From: Eledone cirrhosa
Taxonomy: Eukaryota
Assembly: GCA_964016885.1 (NCBI GenBank)
Contig: OZ024741.1
Location: forward strand, 101,246,001-101,310,000
Direction: 5' to 3'
DNA length: 64,000 nt
Made by a program: the position numbers and the translations under genes. Of this stretch, positions 63,381 through 64,000 are shown piece by piece (the first letter of the stretch is position 1; the number at the start of each line of letters is the position of its first letter). Under the pieces are notes generated by a model. The model had not been told where the DNA came from and did no database searches. It was given only the letters and a program-made list of their open reading frames with translations.

Positions 63381-64000
63381 TTTTTTGTTTTTTTTTCAAC
63401 TATTTGGTATTTATATAAAATAGAGCCGGATATGTCCGACAATAAAATCAAATTGAAAGGTAATGAAAGTGAATGCTAAAAAGTCTAACTCTCCGATGGT
63501 TGTCGAACCTATGACAAATCTCCATCTCCACTGTTCATTTGTGTTCCCTACTGATACCAGTGTAGACACATAGTATATTGAAAATATATGGTAAACAAAG
63601 AAACAGCTCAAAGATTACAGCTGAATCGTTCGGAATTTGGTTAAAATTCAAGTAATTTTCAATTTCATTTTATTACCAGCTATACCCCCACTCTATTCTA
63701 TACGAATACCAACTATTTATATAATTCATTTTAGCTAATAGCAATGGAAGTACGTACGCACACGCTTCTACTCGTTTCAAGGATTTTGTTGATTACATCA
63801 ACCTTAGTAAGAGGAAAAGCAAAGGCGACTTGGGAGGGATTTAAACTCAGGATATAACCAAATATAACAAGGTGTTTTATTCGACGCTCTATCGATTCTG
63901 ATACCCACTCCCAATGTATAATGTGTATAATTGTTTCCATTGACAAAATTGCATTTTCGAACTTTAGCCAACTGAATGTTATGGCGTTACGCAGTGAAGT

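Noticed and set aside
63432-63479. Divergent gene start (ATG TCC GAC AAT..., possible G|GTAATG donor)
   Set aside because: Only 9-15 codons, no recognisable homology, and no downstream exon in the window.
26182-63946. Numerous 60-150 aa ORFs rich in IY/HT/CV
   Set aside because: They are translations of (TA)n, (CA)n and (CAT)n microsatellites or antisense frames of transposon remnants.

Overview
Eukaryotic (animal) genomic DNA. The repeat families (tRNA-headed SINEs with (GAT)n tails, RTE-like LINEs, Penelope-like elements, dense (TA)n) look like those of an octopus/coleoid cephalopod; this is inference, not a database hit. Bases 1-~25,950 are one giant 51-63 bp tandem array (roughly 460-470 units, running off the left edge). 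Its variants fit a minus-strand mucin-type Pro/Thr repeat (TTTTTPLLTTVTPIPPPA). The array has kb-scale higher-order duplications and eight frameshifts, most of which toggle between two stop-free frames. The rest of the window holds two housekeeping genes on the minus strand: an intronless, shortened NOC4L (37723-38847) and a 3-exon mitochondrial endonuclease G (ENDOG, 63165-50820, about 311 aa). Around them lie decayed mobile elements: RTE-like LINEs (one family with a PHD-type finger inside the RT, one twin-primed inverted copy), Penelope-like GIY-YIG elements with hammerhead-ribozyme motifs, a mariner, non-autonomous Helitron-like elements, TTAA MITEs and SINEs. There is also a palindromic 30-bp minisatellite just downstream of ENDOG, several fold-back hairpins, and an inverted 38-bp snippet of NOC4L coding sequence 6 kb from the gene. 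No CRISPR array, rRNA or intact tRNA gene was found.
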